A DNA stretch of 63,236 nt, the filler included, from Octopus bimaculoides (taxonomy: Eukaryota): assembly GCF_001194135.2 (NCBI RefSeq). It is 7 parts of 7 records of this genome, joined end to end, with 100 filler letters (N's around TTAATTAATTAA, not from the genome) between each part and the next. Parts side by side here need not be neighbours in the genome. Positions count along the whole stretch, not along the records: positions 24,022 to 45,489 come from NW_026397266.1; positions 45,590 to 52,550 come from NC_069007.1; 5 more parts are not named here. One strand, written 5' to 3'. The notes under the pieces were generated by a model that searched no databases, was not told the DNA's origin, and worked only from the letters and a program-made list of their open reading frames with translations. This document shows positions 38,992-51,922 of this stretch, piece after piece. Position numbers and translations under genes: made by a program. Positions within the stretch are counted from its first letter, which is position 1. Every line of letters begins with the position of its first letter.

Positions 38992-39402
38992 CTCTTTACT
39001 CTTTACTCTTTTACTTGTTTCAGTCATTTGACTGCGGCCATGCTGGAGCACCGCCTTTAGTCGAGCAAATCGACCCCAGGACTTATTCTTTGGAAGCCTA
39101 GTACTTATTCTATCTGACTCTTTTTCCCGTACCGCTAAGCTACGGGGATGTAAACACACCACCATCGGTTGTCAAGTGATTTTGTGGTACAAACATAGAC
39201 ACACATACACATACACACATACATATATATAAATATATGCATATATACGACAGGCTTCTTTCAGTTTCCGCCAACCAAATACACTCACAAGGCTTTGGTC
39301 GGCCCGAGGCTATAGTAGAAGACATTTGCCCAAGGTGCCACGCAGTGGGACTGAACCCGGAACCATGTGGCTGGTAAGCAAGGTACTTACCACACAGTCA
39401 CT
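38992..39402 (-). mobile_element. SINE family B, full length
   Basis: All family B segments present in reverse complement. Confidence 0.9.
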
Positions 39403-40428
39403 CCTGATCATAAAAAAGCTATGATCCCTCAATGCTGGGAAGTAGTGATTCGAATTGGAGAAACTCCCTGGGTTTCAAGCAACGCATTCTGCCGAATTAC
39501 CTTATCACAGAGATTCTTCGGAGAAGTTACAGTTCAACCTGGAGATATTTTCCCTGTCGAGTAACGAACGTTACGTCAGAGGTCCCGTGGCCCAGATTGG
39601 CCGTTTCTATTCGTTATTGTTCTCTTTCAGTCATGAGTGACGTTAATCATGTTATTCCTTATAGGAGCCCCATTTTCGATGGTTTTATTCGCGATTGTAT
39701 TCTCCCGGTTCTGACTCAAAACATTCATGGCTATAGGCAAAGATGGGCTCACGAAAACCGAATCGAAGTTAACGAGTTTGGCTTAAATAAGCGATAAATA
39801 TTGATAATTGATTTCTGTCTTGGTCTNNNNNNNNNNNNNNNNNNNNNNNNNNNNNNNNNNNNNNNNNNNNNNNNNNNNNNNNNNNNNNNNNNNNNNNNNN
39901 NNNNNNNNNNNNNNNNNNNNNNNNNNNNNNNNNNNNNNNNNNNNNNNNNNNNNNNNNNNNNNNNNNNNNNNNNNNNNNNNNNNNNNNNNNNNNNNNNNNN
40001 NNNNNNNNNNNNNNNNNNNNNNNNNNNNNNNNNNNNNNNNNNNNNNNNNNNNNNNNNNNNNNNNNNNNNNNNNNNNNNNNNNNNNNNNNNNNNNNNNNNN
40101 NNNNNNNNNNNNNNNNNNNNNNNNNNNNNNNNNNNNNNNNNNNNNNNNNNNNNNNNNNNNNNNNNNNNNNNNNNNNNNNNNNNNNNNNNNNNNNNNNNNN
40201 NNNNNNNNNNNNNNNNNNNNNNNNNNNNNNNNNNNNNNNNNNNNNNNNNNNNNNNNNNNNNNNNNNNNNNNNNNNNNNNNNNNNNNNNNNNNNNNNNNNN
40301 NNNNNNNNNNNNNNNNNNNNNNNNNNNNNNNNNNNNNNNNNNNNNNNNNNNNNNNNNNNNNNNNNNNNNNNNNNNNNNCTTAATTAGAAAACATTATTAT
40401 TATTATTATTATTATTGTTATTATTATT

Positions 40429-40755
40429 AAGGCGGTGAGTTTGGCAGAATCGTTAACACACCGGGTGAAATGCGTAGCGGTATTTCGTCCGTCTTCAAGT
40501 TCTGAGTTCAAATTCTGCTGTGGTCGACTTTGCTTTTCATTCTTTCGGGGTCGATAAATTAAGTACCAGTGAAACGCTGGGTCGATATATTAAGTGAAAG
40601 ACTGGGGGGTCGACGTAAGCGACTCGCTCCCTTCCCTAAAATTTCCGGCCATGCACCATAGTAGAAAGAACAGCTATGGCGGCGAGCTTGGCAAAAATAA
40701 TAGCACGCCGAACAAAATGCTTAGCGGCATTTCGTCCGGTTTTACGTTCTGAATT
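40429..40755 (+). mobile_element. SINE family A (full copy plus partial head at ~40678)
   Basis: (ATT)n-ttaaggcggtgag...caaattctgctgtggtcgactttgc. Confidence 0.85.
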
Positions 40756-40899
40756 CCCTTACGCCTAGTTCTTTTTTCCACAAATTGCGTTCTAGTATTA
40801 AATTTTTCCACCATTCATTATAATGTTAATTTGCAGTATAATGTTAATTATAATTATAATGATAATTATCAAAGCTGTAAAATAATTAATTATTCAAAT

Positions 40900-41085
40900 T
40901 TTTACCACAAGGGCAGTTTGGGAGAGGTGGGAAGTAGTCGATTACATCGACCCCAGTGTTTCACTGGTATTTAATTTATCGATCTCGAAAGGATGAAAGG
41001 CAAAGTCGACCTCGGCGGAATTTGAACTCAGAACGTAAAGACGGACGAAATGCCCCTAGGCATTTCGTCCGGCGTGCTAGCGAAA
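40900..41085 (-). mobile_element. SINE family A
   Basis: gatgaaaggcaaagtcgacctcggcggaatttgaactcagaacgtaaagacggacg. Confidence 0.9.
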
Positions 41086-41833
41086 GATATGCATACACAT
41101 GGCCATCTGCATTCATTCTATACTCACATTTACGCAGCTGAGTACAAGCATATACACATACATACATACACACATACATAGATACATAGACGCACAATAT
41201 AAATTCTACATGTAAATGCACGTATACACACACGCGCACACACACACATAGAGAAACACACTCACAGAATTACACGCATGCAGGCGCGCGTAAGTATTGT
41301 GGTACAACGACGTAATTCGCTTGCCGTTGTTCTGGCCACCGACACCACCACACCATTCCTAATAATATTACTACTACTACTACTACTAATAATAATAATA
41401 ATAATAATAGTAATAATAAAAGTGATAGTAATCGTAGTAATAGCAGTTTTTAATGTCAGCACTATATCTTAGTTTTCACTTTGTCTAGTTTGATCTACAT
41501 ACATAGACAGAAGCAGACACACACAAACAACTATCTACACACAGTACATATACACACATGCACTTATACATACATACATGCATGTGTATGTGTGTGTGTA
41601 TGCATGCATACATATGTACCTATATATATGTATATACATACATTCTTTCATACACAGACACATTCATGCATAAATATGTATGTGTCTCTGTGTGTGTGTG
41701 TGTGTGTGTGTGTGTACTGTCACGTTATTATGTACACTCGCTTGTATATTTATGTAAATACCTGCAGAGGCAGACACGTTTTGGTATGAAAGTGTCAAGA
41801 CACGTAGGCAACAACTGGGTATATATATGTATG

Positions 41834-41888
<55 letters not shown>

Positions 41889-42790
41889 ATATAGACACGC
41901 ACACATCTACTTACACACACACATCTATTTACACACACACATATATATTCATACATATGTATATACGTCTATGCATACATATATATATATATATATATGT
42001 CTGTACATATATGTATATGTATGTGTGTGTGTGTAAGTATATATGTATATAAGCATATGTACATATGGGTACGCTTATATATGCATATAAACGCACCCAT
42101 ATATGTACGTATACACGTATGTGTGTGTGTGTGTGCATATATTTGTTTATATATACGTATATATATATATGTCGGTATATATGTATGCATATATTTATAT
42201 ATACCTATATGTATTTTTGCATGCATATATGCGTGTGTACGCATGTATATGAGAGTTTATGGTTCCATATGTCATATATATATATATATATACACACACA
42301 TATATGCATGTGTATATTTATTCATTGATGTATGTATTTATGTACATGTACACATACATACATTTATGTATATATTCGCATATGTATATGAATAAACACA
42401 CACACATATATGAATATATATATATATATATATATGTATACACAAGTAGTTGCATGGACTGGACTGAATGAGAGGAGCTAACGTGTAACGGGGGTGGGTG
42501 GGGGGTCTAAAAGTCCGTCTGTCAGAGTCCGTCGGTCCACTGGGGGCGGAAAAAGAAATAAATAATGTAGATAGACAGATGGGCTATACTATCAAGTAAA
42601 TCTCCCGCTACCAAGATGGCCGACATTCTCTTGGTTAACGATAAATAAAAGCGCTCCGTTTCTTGTCCTGAATGACAATTCCTGGACGCCGTCTCTGTTT
42701 TGTTATTGTTTTGTTTATTTTCTTCTTATTTTTGTGTTTTGTTTTGTTTTGAATTCTGTGGTTTACTTTGACTTTCTCTCTCTGTGTATT

Positions 42791-42836
<46 letters not shown>

Positions 42837-42997
42837 NNNNNNNNNNTTTTTTTTTTTTTTGTTATTTTATTGTATTTGTTTATTTTTTTTAGTTATATAG
42901 TTTTATTTTCTATATTATTTTTTTTTTCCTGGCATTTGCCTGGCTGGACTTTTGCCGCTGTGTTTGGACTTTTGCTGCTTGTTGTTGTTGCTACTGC

Positions 42998-43040
<43 letters not shown>

Positions 43041-43042
<2 letters not shown>

Positions 43043-43460
43043 GGCGGTGTGCTGGCAGAATTGTTAGCACGCAGGGCGAAATGCTTAGCGGTATTTCGCC
43101 CGTCGCTACGTTCTGAGTTCAAATTCCGCCGAGGTCGACTTTGCCTTTCATCCTTTCGGAGTCACTAAATTGCACTGGGGTCGATGCAATCGACTTAATC
43201 CTTTTCTCTGTCCTTGTTTGTCCCCTCTATGTTTAGCCCTTTGTGGGCAATGAACAAATACGAAACGTTAGCACGCCGGGCGAAATGCTTAGCGGTATTT
43301 CGTCTCTCTTTACGTTCTTAGTTCAAATTCCACCGAGGTCGTCTTTTCGTTTTATGTCCTTGGGTGGTCGATGACGTAAGTACCAGCTGAGACCTGGGGC
43401 TTTTATAATCGACTTCTATCGTCCCACGAAATTGCTGTGTTCTGCCAAGATGTTAAGACA
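43041..43460 (+). mobile_element. Two tandem SINE family A copies
   Basis: Heads at ~43041 and ~43262. Confidence 0.85.
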
Positions 43461-43467
43461 TTGTTCA

Positions 43468-43846
43468 TGGCACTCCCTCGGTTACGACGACGAAGGTTCC
43501 ACTTGATCCCATAAACGGAACAGCTTGCTCATGAAATTAACGTGCCAGTGACTGAGTACACCACAGATTTGTGGACTGTTAATGTAGTTCCTGGGGAGAT
43601 TCAGTGTGATACAGAGTGTGAGAAGGCTGACCCTTTGAATCACAGGCACAACAGAAACAGGAAGAAAGAGTGAGAGAAAGTTGCGGTGGAAGAGTACAGC
43701 AAAGTTCGCCACCAACCCCTGCCGGAGCATCGTGGGGCTTTAGGTGTTTTCGCTCGATAAACACTCACAACCCCCGGTCTGGGAATCGAAACCGCGATCC
43801 TATGACCGCGAGTCCGCTGCCCTAACCACTGGGCCATTACGTCTCC
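43468..43846 (-). mobile_element. SINE family C, full length
   Basis: Reverse complement of 22719-23105. Confidence 0.9.
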
Positions 43847-43853
43847 ACACACG

Positions 43854-43884
<31 letters not shown>

Positions 43885-43886
43885 CG

Positions 43887-44095
43887 TGGCACTACGTCGG
43901 TTACGACGACGAGTGTTCCAGTTGATCCGATCAACGGAACAGCCTGCTCGTGAAATTAATGTGCAAGTGGCTGAGCACTCCACAGACACGCGTACCCTTA
44001 ACGTAGTTCTCGGGGAGATTCAGCGTGACACAGAGTGTGACAAGGCTGGCCCTTTGAAATACAGGCACAACAGAAAGAGGAAGAAAGAGTGAGAG
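43887..44095 (-). mobile_element. SINE family C, 3' part (runs into gap)
   Basis: Reverse complement of the family C 3' half. Confidence 0.85.
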
Positions 44096-46239
44096 NNNNN
44101 NNNNNNNNNNNNNNNNNNNNNNNNNNNNNNNNNNNNNNNNNNNNNNNNNNNNNNNNNNNNNNNNNNNNNNNNNNNNNNNNNNNNNNNNNNNNNNNNNNNN
44201 NNNNNNNNNNNNNNNNNNNNNNNNNNNNNNNNNNNNNNNNNNNNNNNNNNNNNNNNNNNNNNNNNNNNNNNNNNNNNNNNNNNNNNNNNNNNNNNNNNNN
44301 NNNNNNNNNNNNNNNNNNNNNNNNNNNNNNNNNNNNNNNNNNNNNNNNNNNNNNNNNNNNNNNNNNNNNNNNNNNNNNNNNNNNNNNNNNNNNNNNNNNN
44401 NNNNNNNNNNNNNNNNNNNNNNNNNNNNNNNNNNNNNNNNNNNNNNNNNNNNNNNNNNNNNNNNNNNNNNNNNNNNNNNNNNNNNNNNNNNNNNNNNNNN
44501 NNNNNNNNNNNNNNNNNNNNNNNNNNNNNNNNNNNNNNNNNNNNNNNNNNNNNNNNNNNNNNNNNNNNNNNNNNNNNNNNNNNNNNNNNNNNNNNNNNNN
44601 NNNNNNNNNNNNNNNNNNNNNNNNNNNNNNNNNNNNNNNNNNNNNNNNNNNNNNNNNNNNNNNNNNNNNNNNNNNNNNNNNNNNNNNNNNNNNNNNNNNN
44701 NNNNNNNNNNNNNNNNNNNNNNNNNNNNNNNNNNNNNNNNNNNNNNNNNNNNNNNNNNNNNNNNNNNNNNNNNNNNNNNNNNNNNNNNNNNNNNNNNNNN
44801 NNNNNNNNNNNNNNNNNNNNNNNNNNNNNNNNNNNNNNNNNNNNNNNNNNNNNNNNNNNNNNNNNNNNNNNNNNNNNNNNNNNNNNNNNNNNNNNNNNNT
44901 TGATGGTTGAGGCATACATGTATGGCCAAGTGTCACCCGACAGTAAATCAAAAAATTCCATAAATACTTAATATTGAACTTTATTTATTCATTCCAATTA
45001 TGAATGTTAATTAATTGACTGATGTGAGTTAAAATCACCGTTTTTTTTTTTTCAACATTTGTCTATTTATTAACGAAGCCTCATATAAAATAATTTTTTG
45101 TTTTAATCTTGGGCTTTGATTTACTGTCGGGTGACCTTTGGCCAATCCTGTATGTACAAAAGTACATACGCACGTACATACATACAAACATACACATACA
45201 CACACACATACATATAAACATACACACATACATATAAACATACACACACACATACATACAGACACATACACATACATACATACATGCGTACATTCACAGA
45301 TAGACAAATAAATACATACATACACACACACATACATAATTACGGACAACTGTTTCGGAACTTCCCGCTTCTGTACACCGATTATGAATTCTCATTTATA
45401 CCAGTAATAACTGAAGCACTTGATTTTGTGAGTAAATGCGTAGGTAACAATGTACATTAGCTAGGGTTTTCAGACAAAAAAAAAAAAAANNNNNNNNNNN
45501 NNNNNNNNNNNNNNNNNNNNNNNNNNNNNNNNNTTAATTAATTAANNNNNNNNNNNNNNNNNNNNNNNNNNNNNNNNNNNNNNNNNNNNTATATATATAT
45601 ATATATGAAGGATCTACGCACACTCTCCCTCTACCAAATTCACTCACTGCTCACAAGGTATCGATTGGCTATATCTGATGACACTTGCTCAATAGTGGCT
45701 ACACCGAACCCTGAATCAGGAGTTACATATTTGCAAAACGACCTTCTTAACCACATAGCCACACCTACCCTTTGTCGTAGAGTGAAATAAAAACGTTTAT
45801 CAGAACCTAAGTCCGTCTGACTACTATAAATTTATCATCATCATATTTATCAATACAAATTTTATCTACAGTAATCTAGTGTACACAACCACTTGGTTGT
45901 TTTTGTTTTTTGTTTATTTTATTATTTTTCTTTTTTGATTCGAAATAGTTTACAATACAAATAAATTACCTGACCTACTTTGGGGGAGAGAGAGAGACAG
46001 CGAGAGAGAGAGAGAGAGAGTGTGTGTGTGTTTAGTGATGCATAATTACATACCTGACATAAAAAATTCAGTGTTTTGTCTGAACAAAAATACCCGGATT
46101 TATTGAGAATTTACTCTAGATTTGTTTACAAGCACGCACGCACGCACACGCACACAAAATAGCGTTTTTGCCATGAGCAGTAACTTTGGTCGTATATTTT
46201 AACCACCACGGGTAAACACTCACTATTAATACTAATTTC

Positions 46240-46446
46240 AAATTTTGGCACTAGGCCAGCAATTTTAGAACAGGGGTCAGGTCCATGACCCTAGTGTTCA
46301 ACTGGCACTTATTTTATCGATCCCGGAAGGACGAAAGACAAAGTCGACCTCGGACGAAGGCGAATTTGAACTCAGAACGTAAAGACAGACAAGATGCCGC
46401 TAAGCATTTTGTCCGGCATGCAAACGATTCTGCCAGCTTGCTGCCT
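46240..46446 (-). mobile_element. SINE family A
   Basis: Reverse-complement family A motifs. Confidence 0.8.
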
Positions 46447-47719
46447 TACTATCAATATAAAATATTATATACATATATATATTTATTATATATCCTATAT
46501 ATANNNNNNNNNNNNNNNNNNNNNNNNNNNNNNNNNNNNNNNNNNNNNNNNNNNNNNNNNNNNNNNNNNNNNNNNNNNNNNNNNNNNNNNNNNNNNNNNN
46601 NNNNNNNATATATATATATATATATATATACATACTAGCTGACGTACCCGGTAATTCCCGGGAAAGCAGGGCCCTATTATCAACTTTTTCAACAAGCTGA
46701 GTATGCCATGAAGTTTCCAATCTGGGAACATATATTACTTATGCTCCAGAGATGGTTTTAGATTATTTAAATTTTTCACATTATGAGTAACGGGCGCTCT
46801 GAGAGCAGAAAATACCCTTTCCTGGATTACATGGAGAAGGGAGGTAACTCTTTGCGAAGTAACTTTGAAAGCTATTAGGTAATGCACAAGTACTCAGCTT
46901 TGATTGCACTGCATCTTATAAAGCAGAAACTGCTGTAAGCTAATGAAGTTGGTTTCGTATTTCCTGTTCACTTGTCATTCCATATTACGCTCTGCACTCG
47001 ACCTACGCGTTGTTCTGACGAATATATATACACATAAGGATAGGTTTTTATCTTTTGTTAAGTGCATGTTTGTGCGCGTGTATAAAAATGGCTTGAGTAT
47101 CTTTTATTGTAACTATGTGTATGTGTGTGAGTGTGTATGTGTATAAAGATAAGTTCGTTTATCTTCCATTGTAACTATGTTCATGTTAGCATGTGTGTGT
47201 GTGAGTGTAGTGTGTATGTGTATGAGTGTGTGAGTGTATGCATATAAAGATGGGTTTTTGTCTTTTGTTATAACTGCATGTGTAGGTAAAAAGAAACCGG
47301 AAGTTTGGTTAGTTAGTCGGAACAGAGAAACAAGCAAGTTTTGTATATCTTCACACAAGCATCAAGACGCCAAGCATGTCGCTTTACTTATGAACACGAA
47401 CGATATCTATTATTCTCCAATAAAGGGAGATGGTGTATTTCGACAAATATTGACTGACAACTTTGGATCATGTTTGCATACATGCAATGTCGTTCAACTT
47501 GGGGAAACGAAACGAAACAAAAAGCAAACACGTACATACAAATAACGAAACGAAACGGAAGAGTAGAGGGGTGGTAAAAGTTGTAAAGAAAGTATTTGAA
47601 AGATAATCATCCCTTTGCATTAATCATTGACCCTTTATATTTTTAAGGTTTATTTGCTGTTTAATGTTAAATATCATAAGTTATTTAACAATAAAAATTA
47701 ATTTGATAAATGATAAAAA

Positions 47720-47880
47720 GGTTTCAGGCAGGATTGTGTGGATATGAAGCGCCCTTTCCAACCATGTGGTTTGGAGTTTGTTCCCACAGCGCGCGACACC
47801 TTGGGCAAATGTCTTCTACCATTGCCCTTGGATGGCCAATGCCTTGTGAGGCATACACTTAACAAAGGATGAAAACCTAT
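47720..47880 (-). mobile_element. SINE family B, 5' half
   Basis: Family B head motifs present, but the CORE-like gacaccttgggcaaatgtcttctac reads on the + strand, so the strand is uncertain; ends in (CA)n. Confidence 0.5.
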
Positions 47881-47883
47881 CTT

Positions 47884-47989
<106 letters not shown>

Positions 47990-48029
47990 TATCATACTTA
48001 CAATGTAAGAAATAAACTCAGATAAATAT

Positions 48030-48507
48030 GTGTCCATATTGCAGAAAGGACTCCTTCCAATCTTCTCCAGTGGTGAAATGATTAAAGAAGACTCTTTATT
48101 TATGGAAGATGGGGTTCCTTGTCACACGGCTAAAATGACCCAAGATTTGTTGGATGAGAATGGCATTAAAAAACTTCCATGGCCAAACCAGTCACCAGAT
48201 ATTAACCCTATTGAACACCTCTGGGGCATAATGGACAGGACACTTCATAAAAAGAACAAGAAAGCATCTTCAAAGTCAAATCTTTTGAGGTTACTGCATA
48301 AAACTTGGCAAGAAATTCTGCAAGAGAATATCCGTCATCTGATCATTAACATGCCCAATAGGGTCCTTGCATTGAAAAATGCAAAGGGCATGTCAACTAA
48401 ATATTAAATATTCACATTATAATAATAAATAATTTTTATGTATAATTTCAGATTTCAATAAATGTTAATGATTATAAAGGTGTCTAGTTACTTCTGTCAT
48501 GTCTGTG
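48030..48507 (+). mobile_element. Tc1-family transposase C-terminal fragment with 3' TIR
   Basis: MEDGVPCH...WPNQSPDINPIEHLW...KGMSTKY (second D and E regions of DD34E); end ...ggtgtctagttacttctgtcatgtctgtg|TA. Confidence 0.92.
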
Positions 48508-48605
48508 TACATGTTTATGTTATGAAAATAAAACTAAAGCAACTTCAGTACTTGAGGGGATGAAAAGCAAATGAAATGTAAATTATATTATCTTGCTAAC
48601 CAAAG

Positions 48606-48808
48606 TTGGCGAGCTGGCAGAATCGTTAGCGCCTCCGACGAAGTGCCTAGCGGCATTTATTCTGTCATTTTAAGTTGACGATTCGAATTCCGCCGAGGTC
48701 GACGTTGCCTTTCATCCTTTTGGGGAACGATAAAATAAGTACTAGTTGAGTACTGGACCTTCACCACCGTAACTGCTGGCCTTGTGCCAAAATTTGAAAT
48801 TAATATAC
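48606..48808 (+). mobile_element. SINE family A
   Basis: ggcgagctggcagaatcgttagc...ttccgccgaggtcgac. Confidence 0.85.
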
Positions 48809-50129
48809 ACATTATTTAAATACGAGCTACAAATAGTTTCATATTATGAAAACAATTATTTGACAGATTTATATATTGAGCCTCGTGTCTCCAAGCATAT
48901 CTTTCGGGCTCGAATACCCAATACGCACGTACGTGTGTGTGTGTATGACGTCAATATTACTTCATTTTAAGACGTCCACTTGTAAATGTGCGTAAACACA
49001 TCCTTGCATATTTACTACTTTAACAATGGCGGCACACGAAATATTTTCTTGGGGACTGCTTAAAACATTCTCTTGATTGATAATTGCAAAGATAACGACG
49101 CTCCTTCGAGTTTAATAACCATACTGTGTTTTTAATAGATTTCAAACCAGAAATGGAGAATGTCGCCATGTTTTCATAACGAAAAGGGAAATATATCAGT
49201 GAAAGAGAGATTCTGAAGGATCGTGTAAATTATATTTAGTTCTGCTTTTAACCCGCCTACAGCTACAAACATGCTTTTAACTTGAATTATTGTGAGAGGA
49301 AAGTCACTCAACAACCTTCCAACTGGAAGTGAATTGATGAAGAGCTGTAAATATGAGGGGAGTGAATATTGGGGAAGAGAGAAGTGCAGTGGAAATTGCA
49401 GAATTCCTTCCTTTCAATTTATCTGCCTGTCTGCCTGTCTTTCATCTGTTTGTGTCTATCAATCTTTTTACCTACCTACCTACCTACCCTTCTATCTTTA
49501 TCTATCTATCTATCTATNNNNNNNNNNNNNNNNNNNNNNNNNNNNNNNNNNNNNNNNNNNNNNNNNNNNNNNNNNNNNNNNNNNNNNNNNNNNNNNNNNN
49601 NNNNNNNNNNNNNNNNNNNNNNNNNNNNNNNNNNNNNNNNNNNNNNNNNNNNNNNNNNNNNNNNNNNNNNNNNNNNNNNNNNNNNNNNNNNNNNNNNNNN
49701 NNNNNNNNNNNNNNNNNNNNNNNNNNNNNNNNNNNNNNNNNNNNNNNNNNNNNNNNNNNNNNNNNNNNNNNNNNNNNNNNNNNNNNNNNNNNNNNNNNNN
49801 NNNNNNNNNNNNNNNNNNNNNNNNNNNNNNNNNNNNNNNNNNNNNNNNNNNNNNNNNNNNNNNNNNNNNNNNNNNNNNNNGTTATTTTCTTTCATCAGCA
49901 CTGAATAATTGTTCGGCTAGAGGTGGCGCTGCCAAATTGCAGTTCGAAATATATAGTTTTCAAAGTGACAACTAGTCACTGATCTAGGAAAATAACCTGG
50001 AAATCGCGATACACATATATTGTTTTGAGCTGAGTGGGGGTGCTAGATTCCCTTCTTCGAAAATATAAGGACACAGATCATGTCGTATAGCCAGCTGGAG
50101 ACGATGTCGCCTGGGGCTAAATTACAGCA

Positions 50130-50460
50130 ACATTCGTCTTAAACCAGGACTGCCATGTTATGTTGGCAAATAATCTTTACTCCAATTCGTCCGATGACCC
50201 AAATTTCCGTTTCACCCGCATCCACATATTTTCCACATTTCGTGTGTGGACGTCTTCATCATGAGGATCAACAAAATGTTGTTGGTGTATAATCATCTCC
50301 TGCGTATAGGCACAACCACTGACGATACCGATGTTATTATATGCTCGCCATCAAAATCCACCTTTGTATCAGCTCAGTTAAAGTTTCTTCTGTGCGTTCA
50401 GGTACTTCGACCAAAAAGCACTTTCTTGAGACTCTCTCTATACCACCGAATACCCAATGT
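50130..50460 (-). mobile_element. Merlin (IS1595/ISXO2-like DDE) transposase remnant
   Basis: HWVFGGIERVSRKCFLVEVPERTEETLTELIQRWIL, then after frameshifts HFVDPHDEDVHTRNVENMWMRVKRK. Confidence 0.85.
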
Positions 50461-50538
50461 CCCTTTGCTTCTTTTACTACTTATCTCCCCCTTAACTTTT
50501 ATTAACTTTTTTATATAACTACACTGAACAATTACCAT

Positions 50539-50573
<35 letters not shown>

Positions 50574-51283
50574 NNNNNNNNNNNNNNNNNNNNNNNNNNN
50601 NNNNNNNNNNNNNNNNNNNNNNNNNNNNNNNNNNNNNNNNNNNNNNNNNNNNNNNNNNNNNNNNNNNNNNNNNNNNNNNNNNNNNNNNNNNNNNNNNNNN
50701 NNNNNNNNNNNNNNNNNNNNNNNNNNNNNNNNNNNNNNNNNNNNNNNNNNNNNNNNNNNNNNNNNNNNNNNNNNNNNNNNNNNNNNNNNNNNNNNNNNNN
50801 NNNNNNNNNNNNNNNNNNNNNNNNNNNNNNNNNNNNNNNNNNNNNNNNNNNNNNNNNNNNNNNNNNNNNNNNNNNNNNNNNNNNNNNNNNNNNNNNNNNN
50901 NNNNNNNNNNNNNNNNNNNNNNNNNNNNNNNNNNNNNNNNNNNNNNNNNNNNNNNNNNNNNNNNNNNNNNNNNNNNNNNNNNNNNNNNNNNNNNNNNNNN
51001 NNNNNNNNNNNNNNNNNNNNNNNNNNNNNNNNNNNNNNNNNNNNNNNNNNCATCTCATCCTTGATGCGACCCTGATGAGATGGAGTATCCAGAAATTTGT
51101 AATATGTTGTAATTTGTTACAATATTTTACGAGACATCTTATGATGTGGTTTATTTTTCCGGGATACCCTATTGAAATGTGCATAGGTTTGGCTTATTGT
51201 GGTTGTTTCTGTTATTATAATTGTTGCTGCAATAAAGTATCTTCAATGCATTGATTTTGAGCTCTATCCTTTAAGAGACATGT

Positions 51284-51329
<46 letters not shown>

Positions 51330-51441
51330 GCATGTATTATGTATGTATGTATTATGTATGTAAATATGTATTATGTATTTTTGTCTGTCTGTCTGTCTGG
51401 TTACCTATCTACCCATCTGTCTCTCTGTGTCTATCTGTCTG

Positions 51442-51475
<34 letters not shown>

Positions 51476-51875
51476 CATCTATCTGTCTGTCTGTCTGGCT
51501 ATCTATATGTCAATAGAATTGGTAGATAAATGGAAAGACATACAGACAGACACACAGTGTTGCTGTGACGATGGTGTGGGGTGTTGGCGTTGGTGGTAGT
51601 GACAGAAGTGGAGCTGGTGGCTGTGAAGTGGTGTTGGTGGTAGTGGTGTGTTTTCTTCATAACATTGCAGCATCCAGTTAAGATACGAAATGACAACCCA
51701 ACAGGGACAAAGCCATTGTCGTCAATCTCGGCATCGCTATCATCGTCGCCATTGCAATCGTCATTATCGTCATCACCGTCACAACAATGTCACCTGATAC
51801 AAAATATCTGTGTAGGCAACGTGTGGACTGTTTCCTGTGCAAGAATCGTTATATTGTTTAAAATAAAACTGTCGT

Positions 51876-51922
<47 letters not shown>

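Noticed and set aside
45340-45385. Minus-strand GAAACAGTTGTC hammerhead-like half
   Set aside because: The CUGANGA core is unrecognisable and stem II is poor
51690-51800. Short Arg/His-rich protamine-like ORF and a hydrophobic TM-like frame
   Set aside because: Explained by a decayed (ATC/GTC)n trinucleotide tract
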